Virus record (IMG/VR): IMGVR_UViG_3300025818_000017
Strand: one strand, 5' to 3'
Origin: a virus
Length of the DNA: 64,000 bases
How positions within the stretch are numbered: position 1 is the stretch's first letter; every line of letters starts with the position of its first letter. Made by a program: the position numbers and the translations under genes. A model generated the notes under the pieces. The model ran no database searches. It saw nothing but the letters and a program-made list of their open reading frames with translations, and was not told where the DNA came from. Below, piece by piece: positions 6,449 through 16,367 of the stretch.

Positions 6449-8881
6449 ATGGCAGCACCAGTATGGTTAACCCCAGCAGGAGACTTGGGTAAAATCCAAG
6501 AAGCGGAGTTTTATGACTTCCAACTTGCTTGCCGTGACCCCGATGTGGATGTTCCCGGTTCTGTAAACCCTGGTATCACATTTTATTTACAATCAGGCAC
6601 CCTTCCATCAGGTCTTCGTCTTACCAGAGATGGGAGATGCGAAGGTTTTCCAAGTTGCGAAACATTCGTTGCTGGTGTTCCAACTAATGTTGGGAAAGAT
6701 GTGACTTCACGATTTGTTGTTCGTGCCGTATCAAGTGATAATATTGTTGATGACCGAACATTTGAACTAACGGTTGTTGGTCAGGACGATCCTATTATTC
6801 TTACAGATGGCGGTTTGTTAGGGACATACCGTGATGGCGATTATGTTAGCCACCAAATATCTGCCATCGATTATGATCCAGATGATGAACTAACATTTAG
6901 TATTCTAAGCGGCGATGTTCCAGACGGTGTATCTATAAGTTCCGATGGGTTACTATCTGGTTATATTGAGCCTGTTCCAGTTATCGGCGGGACACCTGGT
7001 TTTGATAACGACGATAATGGATTTGATATGTTTGGATTTGATTTCAGAACACGATCAGTAAATAAAAACTATGAATTTACAGTAGTTGTAACCGATGGCA
7101 AATCAACTGTCGCAGAAACATATTCACTATTCGTATATGCGGGTGATACATTTACTGCTGATACAGATATTCTAACTGCTGATATGTCTGGATATCCATT
7201 GACTGCGGATATGACAGCATTGCGTATTCCTGTTCTTCTAACTCAACCGAGTGATATCGGTATTGTTACACATGATAACTACTTTGCATTCCAGTTTGAA
7301 GGCAAAGATTTTGACGGTGATCCGATTGAGTACAGTTTCGGCGTTGGTGATAGCGAAGGCTTTGATAATGATAGTGGGTTTGATAGTGAGATAAATGGAT
7401 TTGACCAAGGTGACCTAGAGTTGCCGCCTGGTTTGACTATTGACCCCGATACAGGATGGCTATATGGTTATATTCCAAACCAAGCAGCAACACAAACTGA
7501 TTATACATTTGCCGTCCGTGTACTGAAAAAGAACAACAACGATTATAAGAGTGATTGGGTATTCTTCACCATGACTATCGTTGGTGATATACGAAAGATT
7601 ATCAGTTGGGTTACTGATGCAGATATGGGAAGTATTCGTGTAGGTGAAATCAGCACACTATCGGTCAAGGCTAATAACACATTAGGTAAAAACCTTTCCT
7701 ATCGTTTTAAACCTGGTTCAGCAAGTAGAATACCGCAAGGTTTGCGTCTAAGTGCTGATGGTCTTATTGTTGGAAGACCATCATTCAAAACCTTTATGTT
7801 TGATGGTGGAACAACAACATTTGATGGTAATAGCCTGATCATCAATGAAACAACTTTTGAGAGAATATTCACATTTACAGTTGAGGCTTACGATGCTGAT
7901 GGTGATATCAGTGCATTTAGAACGTTCACTATAACTATTGATCCTGGTAAGTTCGTTCCTCATGAAAATCTATGGTTCAAAGCATATCCAAAAGTTTCAC
8001 AGCGTGAAATCTGGGAAAGCCTCATTCAATCACCTGATGATTTTCCAAATGAAGCGATCTACCGCAAAACAGATTATTGGTATGGTATCCAATCAGATAT
8101 CAGGTTTATTGCTACTACTGGTCTAAACCCAAGTACTGCGACTGAGATGATTGCGACAATGGCTAAGAACCACTATAACAAGCGCGTTGCTCTTGGTCCA
8201 CTCAAAAAAGCTCGTGCTGTTCGTAATGGTGTAGTTCAATATGAAGTGGTTTACGCTGAAATTATTGATCGTGAAGAAAATACACAAAGGAAGTCCACCT
8301 CAATAAGTATTGACTTTTACAATAATCATAACAATCAATGGGCAAATCCAGTTCTTGTAAATGATACAAATGGGTTCACGGGGGATAGTGATGCTATAAG
8401 TGCCGGCGATACAGATCAACACGTATTTTATCCAAACTCATTCAAAAACATGAATCAACGCTTCCTAAATGAAATTGGGCAACTTGAACTTGAAAGTCTC
8501 CCATTATGGATGCGTAGCAAACAAGATGACGGAACTATTTTAGGATTTACCCCAGCCGTTGTTGTCGCTTATGTAAATCCTGGTTATGCCGATAGAATCA
8601 TTTTCAATATCAACCGTAGAACAGATATTGATTTGAAGAAAATCGAGTTTATCGTTGACCGATATATCTGGGATTATGATATGAGTGTAAACTACGATAA
8701 AGATAACGACGAATGGAACGAAACATCTGAAACAACATTTGATTTGGATGACGGCATTGATGAACAAACGCTATTTGACGGCGATGGAACACGATTCTTG
8801 GCCAACTCATTCCTATATAAAGACGAGAAAGATGATGGAGACACATTCCTAAAGTTTCCACAAGAAACAATAGAACGATAA
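6449..8881 (+). CDS. baseplate wedge-like protein with putative Ig (He_PIG-like) repeats
   Basis: Repeated SGTLPSGLRLTRDG / SGDVPDGVSISSDG / LPPGLTIDPDTG / IPQGLRLSADG units; in structural module after TAAATA 6425-6430. Confidence 0.65.
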   Translation: MAAPVWLTPAGDLGKIQEAEFYDFQLACRDPDVDVPGSVNPGITFYLQSGTLPSGLRLTRDGRCEGFPSCETFVAGVPTNVGKDVTSRFVVRAVSSDNIVDDRTFELTVVGQDDPIILTDGGLLGTYRDGDYVSHQISAIDYDPDDELTFSILSGDVPDGVSISSDGLLSGYIEPVPVIGGTPGFDNDDNGFDMFGFDFRTRSVNKNYEFTVVVTDGKSTVAETYSLFVYAGDTFTADTDILTADMSGYPLTADMTALRIPVLLTQPSDIGIVTHDNYFAFQFEGKDFDGDPIEYSFGVGDSEGFDNDSGFDSEINGFDQGDLELPPGLTIDPDTGWLYGYIPNQAATQTDYTFAVRVLKKNNNDYKSDWVFFTMTIVGDIRKIISWVTDADMGSIRVGEISTLSVKANNTLGKNLSYRFKPGSASRIPQGLRLSADGLIVGRPSFKTFMFDGGTTTFDGNSLIINETTFERIFTFTVEAYDADGDISAFRTFTITIDPGKFVPHENLWFKAYPKVSQREIWESLIQSPDDFPNEAIYRKTDYWYGIQSDIRFIATTGLNPSTATEMIATMAKNHYNKRVALGPLKKARAVRNGVVQYEVVYAEIIDREENTQRKSTSISIDFYNNHNNQWANPVLVNDTNGFTGDSDAISAGDTDQHVFYPNSFKNMNQRFLNEIGQLELESLPLWMRSKQDDGTILGFTPAVVVAYVNPGYADRIIFNINRRTDIDLKKIEFIVDRYIWDYDMSVNYDKDNDEWNETSETTFDLDDGIDEQTLFDGDGTRFLANSFLYKDEKDDGDTFLKFPQETIER

Positions 8882-8919
8882 ATATGTATAAATACATTAT
8901 ACAAATGGAGATATTATAA

Positions 8920-9651
8920 ATGACCTCAAATGTGAATCCAAACAATATTGACGGCACATATCCAGTGGCTGGACAAGACAATGATAGCCAGGGTTTTAGA
9001 GACAACTTCACCAACATCAAGACAAACTTCACGGAAGCGAAGACCGAGATTGAAGACTTACAGAGTAAAGTTATCCTAAAATCCGCACTAACTGGAACAA
9101 CACTTGATAACAGCGGTGGTGGTGCCCTACTAAAAGACTTTGAAACTCGTGACTTTGCGGAAACCCGTGTAGCAAAAGGTTCTACATCTGGTACAGTTAC
9201 TTGCAGTTACAGCGAAGGTTCATACCAAACTGTTTCAACAAGCGGTTCTATCACTCTTGCTTTCACCAACTTCCCAGCATCTGGTAAGTTAGGTCGTATT
9301 AGAGTTGAGGTAGATATCACTAATACAGCCCATACCGTTACCCTACCAGCGGCAGTAACTGTTGGTACGGGAAGCATTCAGGGTTACGCAAGTAACATCA
9401 TCACTTTTGATACTACAGGTACATATATCTTTGAGTTCACAACACACGATGCTGGTTCAGTTATCTCCATTCAAGACCTAACTCGTGGTGGTGGGCTTTC
9501 ATTAGATCAACGTACACCAGCGACAAGTGCTGGACAATCTGGCGATGTTGCTGGAATGATTGTGGTAGATGCCTCATACATCTACATCTGCACAGGGACT
9601 TATGACGGAAGTACCGCAGTATGGAAACGTGTTGCTATTAGCACATTCTAA
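8920..9651 (+). CDS. putative virion structural protein
   Basis: MTSNVNPNNIDGTYPVAGQDNDSQGFRDNF; beta-rich C-terminus ending WKRV; TATAAATA at 8887-8894. Confidence 0.6.
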   Translation: MTSNVNPNNIDGTYPVAGQDNDSQGFRDNFTNIKTNFTEAKTEIEDLQSKVILKSALTGTTLDNSGGGALLKDFETRDFAETRVAKGSTSGTVTCSYSEGSYQTVSTSGSITLAFTNFPASGKLGRIRVEVDITNTAHTVTLPAAVTVGTGSIQGYASNIITFDTTGTYIFEFTTHDAGSVISIQDLTRGGGLSLDQRTPATSAGQSGDVAGMIVVDASYIYICTGTYDGSTAVWKRVAISTF

Positions 9652-9661
9652 GGAATGAATA

Positions 9662-9955
9662 ATGCGTTTATCTCAACTATACGAAGGAATGATTGACTTC
9701 CAAACTCTCGCCAATCGTGTATGGGATTTCGCACATAAACCATATGAGGAAAGAGGTTTCGTGAGCGAGCTTGCCCGTAAAGACCCTAACTCATATTGGA
9801 AGTTTTTAGCAAATATGGTAAACGGTATCAATCCACCAGCGAAGTGGAATAGAGAACCGGATTGGGATAGCGTAGAAGAACTTGCCCAGCGTATGCAAGC
9901 AAATACATATGACCATACAATGTATGCAAAGTTAGCAGCAAGCAAGGAGTGGTAG
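9662..9955 (+). CDS. hypothetical protein with capsid-targeting-like leader
   Basis: ORF track; starts MRLSQLYEG. Confidence 0.6.
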   Translation: MRLSQLYEGMIDFQTLANRVWDFAHKPYEERGFVSELARKDPNSYWKFLANMVNGINPPAKWNREPDWDSVEELAQRMQANTYDHTMYAKLAASKEW

Positions 9956-11851
9956 ATGCGTGACCTATTGAATAAACTGGACATGCTACAAGAAAGCCCA
10001 AAATCTGATTTCAAGCAGATGTTTCAGTTTCTGGACCCAAAGGAAAATGTAGAGACACTTGGTATCGCCAAAGAAAACTTTGATTGGGCATACAAAACAT
10101 TCCAAACAAACGGCAAACCAAATAGCGCACAAATCCTATGGTATATGCGCTACGTCCGTCTGTTCATTCTAAGTCATTTGGCTGGCGCTGTTCCAGAATA
10201 TCAATCGGTATTTGATAAAGAAAAAACAAAAATGTCCAATAAGATGGGCGAAGACGGCGGCGAGCTTGTCTCTGTAGCGAAGCAGATGGTATTGTCCAAC
10301 TGGTTCAAGAATAAGATTGAACACTTCAAGTCACTTGAACTTGAAAACATTGATACCTTAGAGTTTGGATGGAACCCATCACAAAAGATTTTAGATGCTA
10401 TGGAAACCATTGAGGAACGCTGGAAAGAAAACGCCAGGTTCAATATCTCATTGGACCAATACGATAGAAGCGATGATCATCATATGGGCAAGCCAGAAAA
10501 ACTCATTGACTTTGGTGATGGCTTTGCGTGGTGGGATTTAGCCAGACCTTCTTGCTCCATTGAAGGTAATGCTATGGGGCATTGTGGTAACTCCCCTCGC
10601 TCATATAGTGATGATACAGTTCTTTCACTTCGTAAAGAAGTTCAGCAGAAGGGCAAAACATATTACCAACCATACCTAACATTCATTCTGCAAAGTGATG
10701 GAACACTTGGAGAAATGAAAGGTCGTTTCAACGAGAAACCACAGTCAGAGTTTCATCCATATATTGTAGCTCTACTCAAACACGATGCTATCAAAGGTAT
10801 TGAGGGCGGTGGTTATCTCGCACAAAACAACTTCTCTATGAATGACTTGGACGATGACGAGAGAGAAGAGTTAGAAGACGAGAAACCAGAACTGAAAAGC
10901 GCACTGGCTGGTTTTCGTGAAAAAGAGTTTGCTGATATCACACAAGATGATCTTGATAAGATATATGAGAAAATGCGTGAAAAAAATATTGCGCCATATG
11001 AAATGCAGAAAGAAGAGAACAGAATCGTTTTGGAAACATTCGGTGATGTTGAGACATTCTGTAATGATAAGTTTGAGTATCATCATCCTGTTCATAAACT
11101 ATTCAAGATTCTAAATGACCCCGAAGATATTTCTGAAATAACTGACTTTGAGGCAGAAGACCTTGATGACCAGTATTTCGTGGAACTTATTCGTCGCCTA
11201 CCTAACTGGTATCAAGATAAGATTTTTGCCGAAGGTGATAGCACTGACCCAGAACGAGCATTGTGGAAACTACAGCGTGAACGCCATCGTTATTGGGAGT
11301 ATATGGTTGATGCGTTTAATAAAGCGCATGTGTTCCAACTTGACGATGAATACAAAGGTGATATGGAAGAATACGAGGGTATGACTTATCGTGGAGCCAT
11401 TGAACGCCGCATTATGAAGTATGTAGATTATACACCTCTAAATCCATATGATCTCGGTGCCGAAATCACAGGACTAAATGACGAAGTAACCTTGTATCTC
11501 AACGATCATCATTTATTACTTGACGCTTACCAAGCCGCCAGTGATGATGAATACGCATATGAGTATTTCGAAAATGGTAATATCTACGATATTATGGAGC
11601 ATGGTTGGGGATATCAAGAAAACGTAGACCGTTACTCTTATAATGAAGTATTCGGTGAACACGGTCATTTAGACAAACCACTCATTGATGATAACGATAA
11701 CGATAAACTTATCAATGAGATTTCTGGTAATGCTGGTTCTATTAAGATGATTGATGCACTTGACGCATTTGAGCGTCAGTTCGATATGCGTGAAGAAAAA
11801 GAACCCGCAGACGATATGCTCAAAGATATCATCCGTTTAGCAAAAATATAG
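9956..11851 (+). CDS. PcfJ-like domain protein, paralog of 62808-64000
   Basis: CSIEGNAMGHCGN...VLSLRK...PYLTFIL...GEMKGRFNEKP; acidic C-terminal half. Confidence 0.55.
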   Translation: MRDLLNKLDMLQESPKSDFKQMFQFLDPKENVETLGIAKENFDWAYKTFQTNGKPNSAQILWYMRYVRLFILSHLAGAVPEYQSVFDKEKTKMSNKMGEDGGELVSVAKQMVLSNWFKNKIEHFKSLELENIDTLEFGWNPSQKILDAMETIEERWKENARFNISLDQYDRSDDHHMGKPEKLIDFGDGFAWWDLARPSCSIEGNAMGHCGNSPRSYSDDTVLSLRKEVQQKGKTYYQPYLTFILQSDGTLGEMKGRFNEKPQSEFHPYIVALLKHDAIKGIEGGGYLAQNNFSMNDLDDDEREELEDEKPELKSALAGFREKEFADITQDDLDKIYEKMREKNIAPYEMQKEENRIVLETFGDVETFCNDKFEYHHPVHKLFKILNDPEDISEITDFEAEDLDDQYFVELIRRLPNWYQDKIFAEGDSTDPERALWKLQRERHRYWEYMVDAFNKAHVFQLDDEYKGDMEEYEGMTYRGAIERRIMKYVDYTPLNPYDLGAEITGLNDEVTLYLNDHHLLLDAYQAASDDEYAYEYFENGNIYDIMEHGWGYQENVDRYSYNEVFGEHGHLDKPLIDDNDNDKLINEISGNAGSIKMIDALDAFERQFDMREEKEPADDMLKDIIRLAKI

Positions 11852-11852
11852 A

Positions 11853-11883
11853 TTGACATGATATTCTGTTCGTTGTATAATAG
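11853..11883 (+). promoter_or_regulatory. overlapping sigma70 and late promoter
   Basis: TTGACA 11853-11858, 17 nt, TATAAA(TA) 11876-11883. Confidence 0.7.
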
Positions 11884-11901
11884 GCGAAAGGAGTATTGTA
11901 A

Positions 11902-12306
11902 ATGTCTATTGACCTAAACGATTATAAGAACTTTGTAAATGAAGTCACCAGCGAACCAAGTAAGAGTAATGATGCTTATATGGCTCGTATTGCTTCGCTA
12001 CAAAATCACCGCACCGTTGATATTCCACGACTAACCACAGCGGCTATGGGACTTACAGCCGAAGGCGGTGAGTTTACAGAGATTGTAAAGAAACTATTGT
12101 TCCAAGGCAAACCACTCAACGACGATGAAATCTTTCATATGAAGCGTGAGTTGGGCGATGTATTATGGTATTGGATGCAAGCGTGTATGGCGCTGGATGC
12201 TGACCCACAAGAGATTATCAAAATGAATGTAGAGAAACTTGAAGCCCGTTATCCCGGCGGATTTGACGCATTCTTGTCTGAAAATAGAAAAGAGGGTGAC
12301 TTGTAA
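11902..12306 (+). CDS. mazG: MazG-like nucleoside triphosphate pyrophosphohydrolase
   Basis: GLTAEGGEFTEIVKK, RELGDVLWY, NVEKLEARYP. Confidence 0.92.
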   Translation: MSIDLNDYKNFVNEVTSEPSKSNDAYMARIASLQNHRTVDIPRLTTAAMGLTAEGGEFTEIVKKLLFQGKPLNDDEIFHMKRELGDVLWYWMQACMALDADPQEIIKMNVEKLEARYPGGFDAFLSENRKEGDL

Positions 12307-12374
12307 TAGTCATATGATAGAATGCCTATTAAAGGAAAGGGCACAACTGTAAAAATTGTGTTATAAATAATATT

Positions 12375-12614
12375 ATGCATCCACTAGCACCTAATATCAA
12401 AAATCTATCAGACGATGAACTGGTAAACAAAATTAACGAACTACACAGAAAAGCAACTCGCGCAAGAGGGAACTATAATCTTCTTGGGCAAGTGCAAATG
12501 ATGATTGAACACTACCAAGGAGAGCTTCACGGACGGTATATCCAACGTGAGAAAGAAGCAATGGAAGAACTTGGTGACGAAGACTTTTATAGCGATAAGA
12601 TCGACATTTCATGA
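12375..12614 (+). CDS. hypothetical protein
   Basis: ORF track; TATAAATA 12362-12369 lies 5 nt upstream. Confidence 0.7.
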   Translation: MHPLAPNIKNLSDDELVNKINELHRKATRARGNYNLLGQVQMMIEHYQGELHGRYIQREKEAMEELGDEDFYSDKIDIS

Positions 12615-13270
12615 CGAGTATTATTTGGAAGTCGGAGTTTATGGCTAATGCGGTATATGAGAATGAGATTGTACCAAATCTATATAAAGTGAAAGTTGAT
12701 CTTGTTCCAAATACTGCCGATATCATGCAGCAGAACATTGCCCTTGAACGCCTAAAAACTATGGTGGAAGGCATTCTTGGTATGAGTTTGCTATGCGGTA
12801 TTGAAAACCCAATCCTTGAAACATTACTAGAAAAAACTGATAACAAAGTTGTTTTCTTACCTGACGAACCATACGACCAACTATTGGCTATCGTTCTACA
12901 TAGCAAGTTATCTTGTATCCTTGAAGAAAGGTTTTTCATTGACTATATTTCTGTGTGTAGTTATCTTGGTGGCGACTTAGAATACATTTATGATTCGGCG
13001 GTATTGGATTATCCACCTATCATTACTGCTGAGATTGTTGAGAAACATAAGGCGTGGTGGGCAAGACCTGATATGTCTACGATGGATATCATTACAGAGA
13101 AAGATGGGAAACGAGAACTTCATCTACAAGAGATTGATTGGCCTGATATTGAGTTAGGCTGGGATAGTGATGTTGAGAAAGAAGGCAAGATTATTCAAAT
13201 AAAAAAGTTTAAACCAGAAGTAGTGGAAGGAAAACCAAATGAAAAAAGTTCCAATGATAAAGAACAGTGA
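12611..13270 (+). CDS. hypothetical protein
   Basis: ORF track; ATGA overlap with upstream gene. Confidence 0.75.
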   Translation: MTSIIWKSEFMANAVYENEIVPNLYKVKVDLVPNTADIMQQNIALERLKTMVEGILGMSLLCGIENPILETLLEKTDNKVVFLPDEPYDQLLAIVLHSKLSCILEERFFIDYISVCSYLGGDLEYIYDSAVLDYPPIITAEIVEKHKAWWARPDMSTMDIITEKDGKRELHLQEIDWPDIELGWDSDVEKEGKIIQIKKFKPEVVEGKPNEKSSNDKEQ

Positions 13271-13436
13271 TGAGTTTGTAAATCCTGTTGTTTGGGTTCT
13301 GGTAGCAGACTTTGACGAATACTATGCTAAAGGTTACATTTATGCTGTTGATTTTTATAGACAGAAAGAAGCCAAATATGCTACACTAAGAAGAGAGTTA
13401 GAAAAGCAGATGGTAATCGATAATGTTGAAAGATGA
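13239..13436 (+). CDS. hypothetical protein
   Basis: ORF track; fills gap in operon. Confidence 0.55.
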   Translation: MKKVPMIKNSDEFVNPVVWVLVADFDEYYAKGYIYAVDFYRQKEAKYATLRRELEKQMVIDNVER

Positions 13437-13977
13437 TGTAGGTTTCCTATATTTCGAAGAAGAAGACATTCTGGAAGAAATATATAAGAACCCAGATGTC
13501 GATATTTCAAAGTTTATGTTTCTTGCCGATGATGTAGGGACAGAAGCCGCACAGAAGTATCATGACGCAATATCGAAAAACTACGATGAATATCCTGTTT
13601 TAGATACATCAACACCATTCCAAGTTTCTGGAACTATAAACTACGTTGATAGGACATTACAACGAGCTTGGAGAATGCCCGATTACTATAGAACATTAGA
13701 TATTGCCGATTGGGTTCTTGGTCAATGTAAGACAGATGCGGAACTACAGCGATGCGGAGAAGAACTATTGCTTTTCCAAGAACGAGATATGTTTGGATTA
13801 TTATGCTATCTAAAATATTTCGTGGACACAATGCGTGAGCATAAAATAGTATGGGGGGTAGGACGAGGCAGCAGTGTTGCGAGTTATGTTCTATACCTCA
13901 TAGGAGTACATAAAGTAAATAGCATGTACTATGATTTATCAATAAAGGAGTTTTTGCGCGATGGCGAGACAACATAG
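13423..13977 (+). CDS. DNA polymerase III alpha (DnaE)-like fragment lacking catalytic aspartates
   Basis: RCGEELLLF..., IVWGVGRGSSVASYVLYLIGVH; ends before the PDxDxD motif. Confidence 0.75.
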   Translation: MLKDDVGFLYFEEEDILEEIYKNPDVDISKFMFLADDVGTEAAQKYHDAISKNYDEYPVLDTSTPFQVSGTINYVDRTLQRAWRMPDYYRTLDIADWVLGQCKTDAELQRCGEELLLFQERDMFGLLCYLKYFVDTMREHKIVWGVGRGSSVASYVLYLIGVHKVNSMYYDLSIKEFLRDGETT

Positions 13978-14203
13978 AACAGCACAGGGTAGGGCACTTG
14001 ATATGGATGCTCTTATTCTAAAGAACGAAAAGGTACGGGCAGTAGGAAATATTAGCGTAAATGCTCGTGGCGACCAGATTGATGCTAAAGGTAATATTAT
14101 CAAAACCAGAGCAGAGATTATGAAGGAAGCAAATAAACTACACGGTGATCAACCAAAGAAACAATCTGCTTTACAAGTGGATACAGATGACGAGGAAGAA
14201 TAA
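13961..14203 (+). CDS. hypothetical protein
   Basis: ORF track; coupled to groES. Confidence 0.7.
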   Translation: MARQHRTAQGRALDMDALILKNEKVRAVGNISVNARGDQIDAKGNIIKTRAEIMKEANKLHGDQPKKQSALQVDTDDEEE

Positions 14204-14574
14204 TGCCTGTAAATAACACTATTATCCGTGGTCAAAAAATCCGACCAATCAAGGACCATGTATTGGTATATGAAATGAACTTTGGTGAGCGTAAGACAAA
14301 AGCTGGACTTATTCTTCCAGGTGACGATGGGCGTGAGCGTGGTCTTCGTCCTCGTTGGGCAAAGGTCTATGCCGTTGGCCCAGAGCAGAAGGATATTGAG
14401 CCAGGACAGTGGGTATTGGTTGCCCACGGACGTTGGACTCGTTCAGTCAAGTATGAGATTGACGGTAAGGAACTTGTTGAACTTCGCAGGGCAGATAACA
14501 ATGATATTCTTGGTACGCAATGGGAAGAGCCAGAAGATGATTATGTAGCGGATTCACAAACGGCGATTTTCTAA
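14203..14574 (+). CDS. groES: co-chaperonin GroES/Cpn10-like
   Basis: IRPIKDHVLV, KTKAGLILP, AKVYAVGP, GQWVLV. Confidence 0.85.
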   Translation: MPVNNTIIRGQKIRPIKDHVLVYEMNFGERKTKAGLILPGDDGRERGLRPRWAKVYAVGPEQKDIEPGQWVLVAHGRWTRSVKYEIDGKELVELRRADNNDILGTQWEEPEDDYVADSQTAIF

Positions 14575-14720
14575 TGGCTAAAAAGATTATTCGTCGCAAA
14601 GGCTCTGAACGCTCGTGGTTTCGTGAAGTTGGCTATGGGAAACCGCCCGATTGGTATCTTGAAGATGAAGTCGTTGATGACGAAAACGACGAAGAAGATA
14701 TTGACGACGAAGAAGAATAA
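14574..14720 (+). CDS. 48-aa protein, basic N-terminus and acidic tail (not in ORF track)
   Basis: TAATG coupling to groES; MAKKIIRRKGSERSWFREVGYGKPPDWYLEDEVVDDENDEEDIDDEEE. Confidence 0.65.
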   Translation: MAKKIIRRKGSERSWFREVGYGKPPDWYLEDEVVDDENDEEDIDDEEE

Positions 14721-14730
14721 CTGTTATAAT
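14701..14730 (+). promoter_or_regulatory. sigma70-like promoter
   Basis: TTGACG 14701-14706, 18 nt, extended -10 TGtTATAAT ending 14730. Confidence 0.5.
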
Positions 14731-14753
14731 AAACCCTAACATACGAGGTAAAG

Positions 14754-15677
14754 ATGAGTTTATGGGTTGAGAAATACCGTCCGAAAACGGTAGATGAATA
14801 TGTTTTTCATAACGAAGACCAGAAAGCACAAGTGGAAGAATGGATTAAAAACAAGTCTATTCCACACCTATTATTCCACGGTCCTCCTGGCACTGGTAAA
14901 ACAACTCTTGCTAAAGTTCTAATCAACGAACTGGATATCGATTCTTTTGATGTTCTTGTAATGAACGGTTCCAAAGAAGGTCGTAAGATTGACGAGTTCT
15001 ACGCTAAACTAGAAGGCTTTACACAGACACTTCCATTTGGTGAGTTCAAGATTGTTCTCGTTGACGAGGCAGACTTTCTAAACGCACAGTCTGTTCAGCC
15101 ATCACTTCGTAATCTTATGGAAACATATGCGGGTACGTGTAGGTTCATTCTTACCTGTAACTATATCCACAAAGTTATTCCAGCACTACAGGATAGGTGC
15201 CAAGTATTCAAGATTGAGAAGCAAGACCATACGGAGTTTACGGCGAAGGTTGCCGAAGTATTGCTTGCTGAACAGGTTGACTTTGATATTGATATGCTTG
15301 ATACATATGTGAAGGCAACATATCCAAGTCTTCGCAAAGCGTTGAACTTGGTTCAACAGAATACTATTGGCGGTAAACTTATCCAACAAGATATTGCCGA
15401 AAGCACAACCGAAGTCAAAATCAAGTTCGTTGAACTGTTGAAAGCAAACAAGTTCACGGAAGCACGAAAGTTGATTTCAGAAAATACCCGTCCAGATGAA
15501 ATGGATGATATGTTCGTATGGATGTATAACAATCTGGAACTATGGGGAGATACCGACGAGCAGATTGACGATGCTATTCTTATTATTCGCAAGGCAATCG
15601 TTGATCTACCGAGTATTCCCCACGCCGACATTCATCTGGCGGCAACTGTTATTGAACTATTGAGACTGAGAGGATAA
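14754..15677 (+). CDS. sliding-clamp loader AAA+ subunit (RFC small subunit / T4 gp44-like)
   Basis: WVEKYRPK, HLLFHGPPGTGKTT, VLVDEAD, FILTCNY. Confidence 0.93.
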   Translation: MSLWVEKYRPKTVDEYVFHNEDQKAQVEEWIKNKSIPHLLFHGPPGTGKTTLAKVLINELDIDSFDVLVMNGSKEGRKIDEFYAKLEGFTQTLPFGEFKIVLVDEADFLNAQSVQPSLRNLMETYAGTCRFILTCNYIHKVIPALQDRCQVFKIEKQDHTEFTAKVAEVLLAEQVDFDIDMLDTYVKATYPSLRKALNLVQQNTIGGKLIQQDIAESTTEVKIKFVELLKANKFTEARKLISENTRPDEMDDMFVWMYNNLELWGDTDEQIDDAILIIRKAIVDLPSIPHADIHLAATVIELLRLRG

Positions 15678-15678
15678 A

Positions 15679-16032
15679 ATGAAACAAAAGAATAGATACT
15701 TCCTTGCGTATTACGCTATGAAACCACGCAAAGGTGCGCCTACCCACCTAAAGGGTTGGATGAATGATGACCGTAATGTTCAATGGGACGAGCGAGTTAT
15801 GTTCCGTGAAGGTCTAAAGAAGAATGACATGATTGAAGCACAAGTTGTTCTTGACCTTGATGATAAAAAGGTTATGAAAAACTGGAAAGCCGATGATGGC
15901 GAAGGTGGCATGGATTTCAATACACTTTATGAATATTACGAAAAGAACTATAGTAGGTATATTGAAGACGGTATGAAAGCAAGTAATAAACATCGTGATA
16001 CGAATATTCAGACCGAAGAAAAAGTGGACTAA
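15679..16032 (+). CDS. hypothetical protein
   Basis: ORF track; 1 nt after clamp loader. Confidence 0.7.
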   Translation: MKQKNRYFLAYYAMKPRKGAPTHLKGWMNDDRNVQWDERVMFREGLKKNDMIEAQVVLDLDDKKVMKNWKADDGEGGMDFNTLYEYYEKNYSRYIEDGMKASNKHRDTNIQTEEKVD

Positions 16033-16076
16033 TCTTTTCAAGGAAGGCGTCGATAAGCTTTTCTTGAGATATATGA

Positions 16077-16367
16077 ACCACTACGATTTTCCATCCATTT
16101 ATCACTGTAAATAAACCAGGTTCTTTGAAATGGATAAAAGAACAAGGGTTTGAAACATACAGTAATCTATTTGATGAAAGTTATGATGATGAACTTGATG
16201 ATGAAAAAAGATTGAAGAAAGTTCTTGACAATATTCACCATATAGAATATGATGATTTGACAATACAAAAAATGGAACATAATCATTATCATTTTTATGA
16301 TGAGGCACAGGTTGTAAAACGTGCCGAAGAAGAAATCATAAATCCATTACGAGAGATTTTAGAATGA
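16077..16367 (+). pseudogene. 5'-truncated remnant of the glycosyltransferase-like family (paralog of 19299 and 36416 genes)
   Basis: FHPFITVNKPGSLKWIKEQGFETYSNLFDESYD aligns with the C-termini of both paralogs; in-frame TGA at 16074-16076 and only a TTG start at 16125. Confidence 0.5.

Noticed and set aside
6990-8790. GFD/TFD peptide repeats in the baseplate gene as a DGR variable region
   Set aside because: No template-repeat pair with adenine-specific differences and no reverse transcriptase in the window
16074-16076. In-frame TGA as evidence of stop-codon recoding
   Set aside because: TGA, TAG and TAA all terminate well-conserved genes here (e.g. clpA and thyA end in TGA); better explained by truncation
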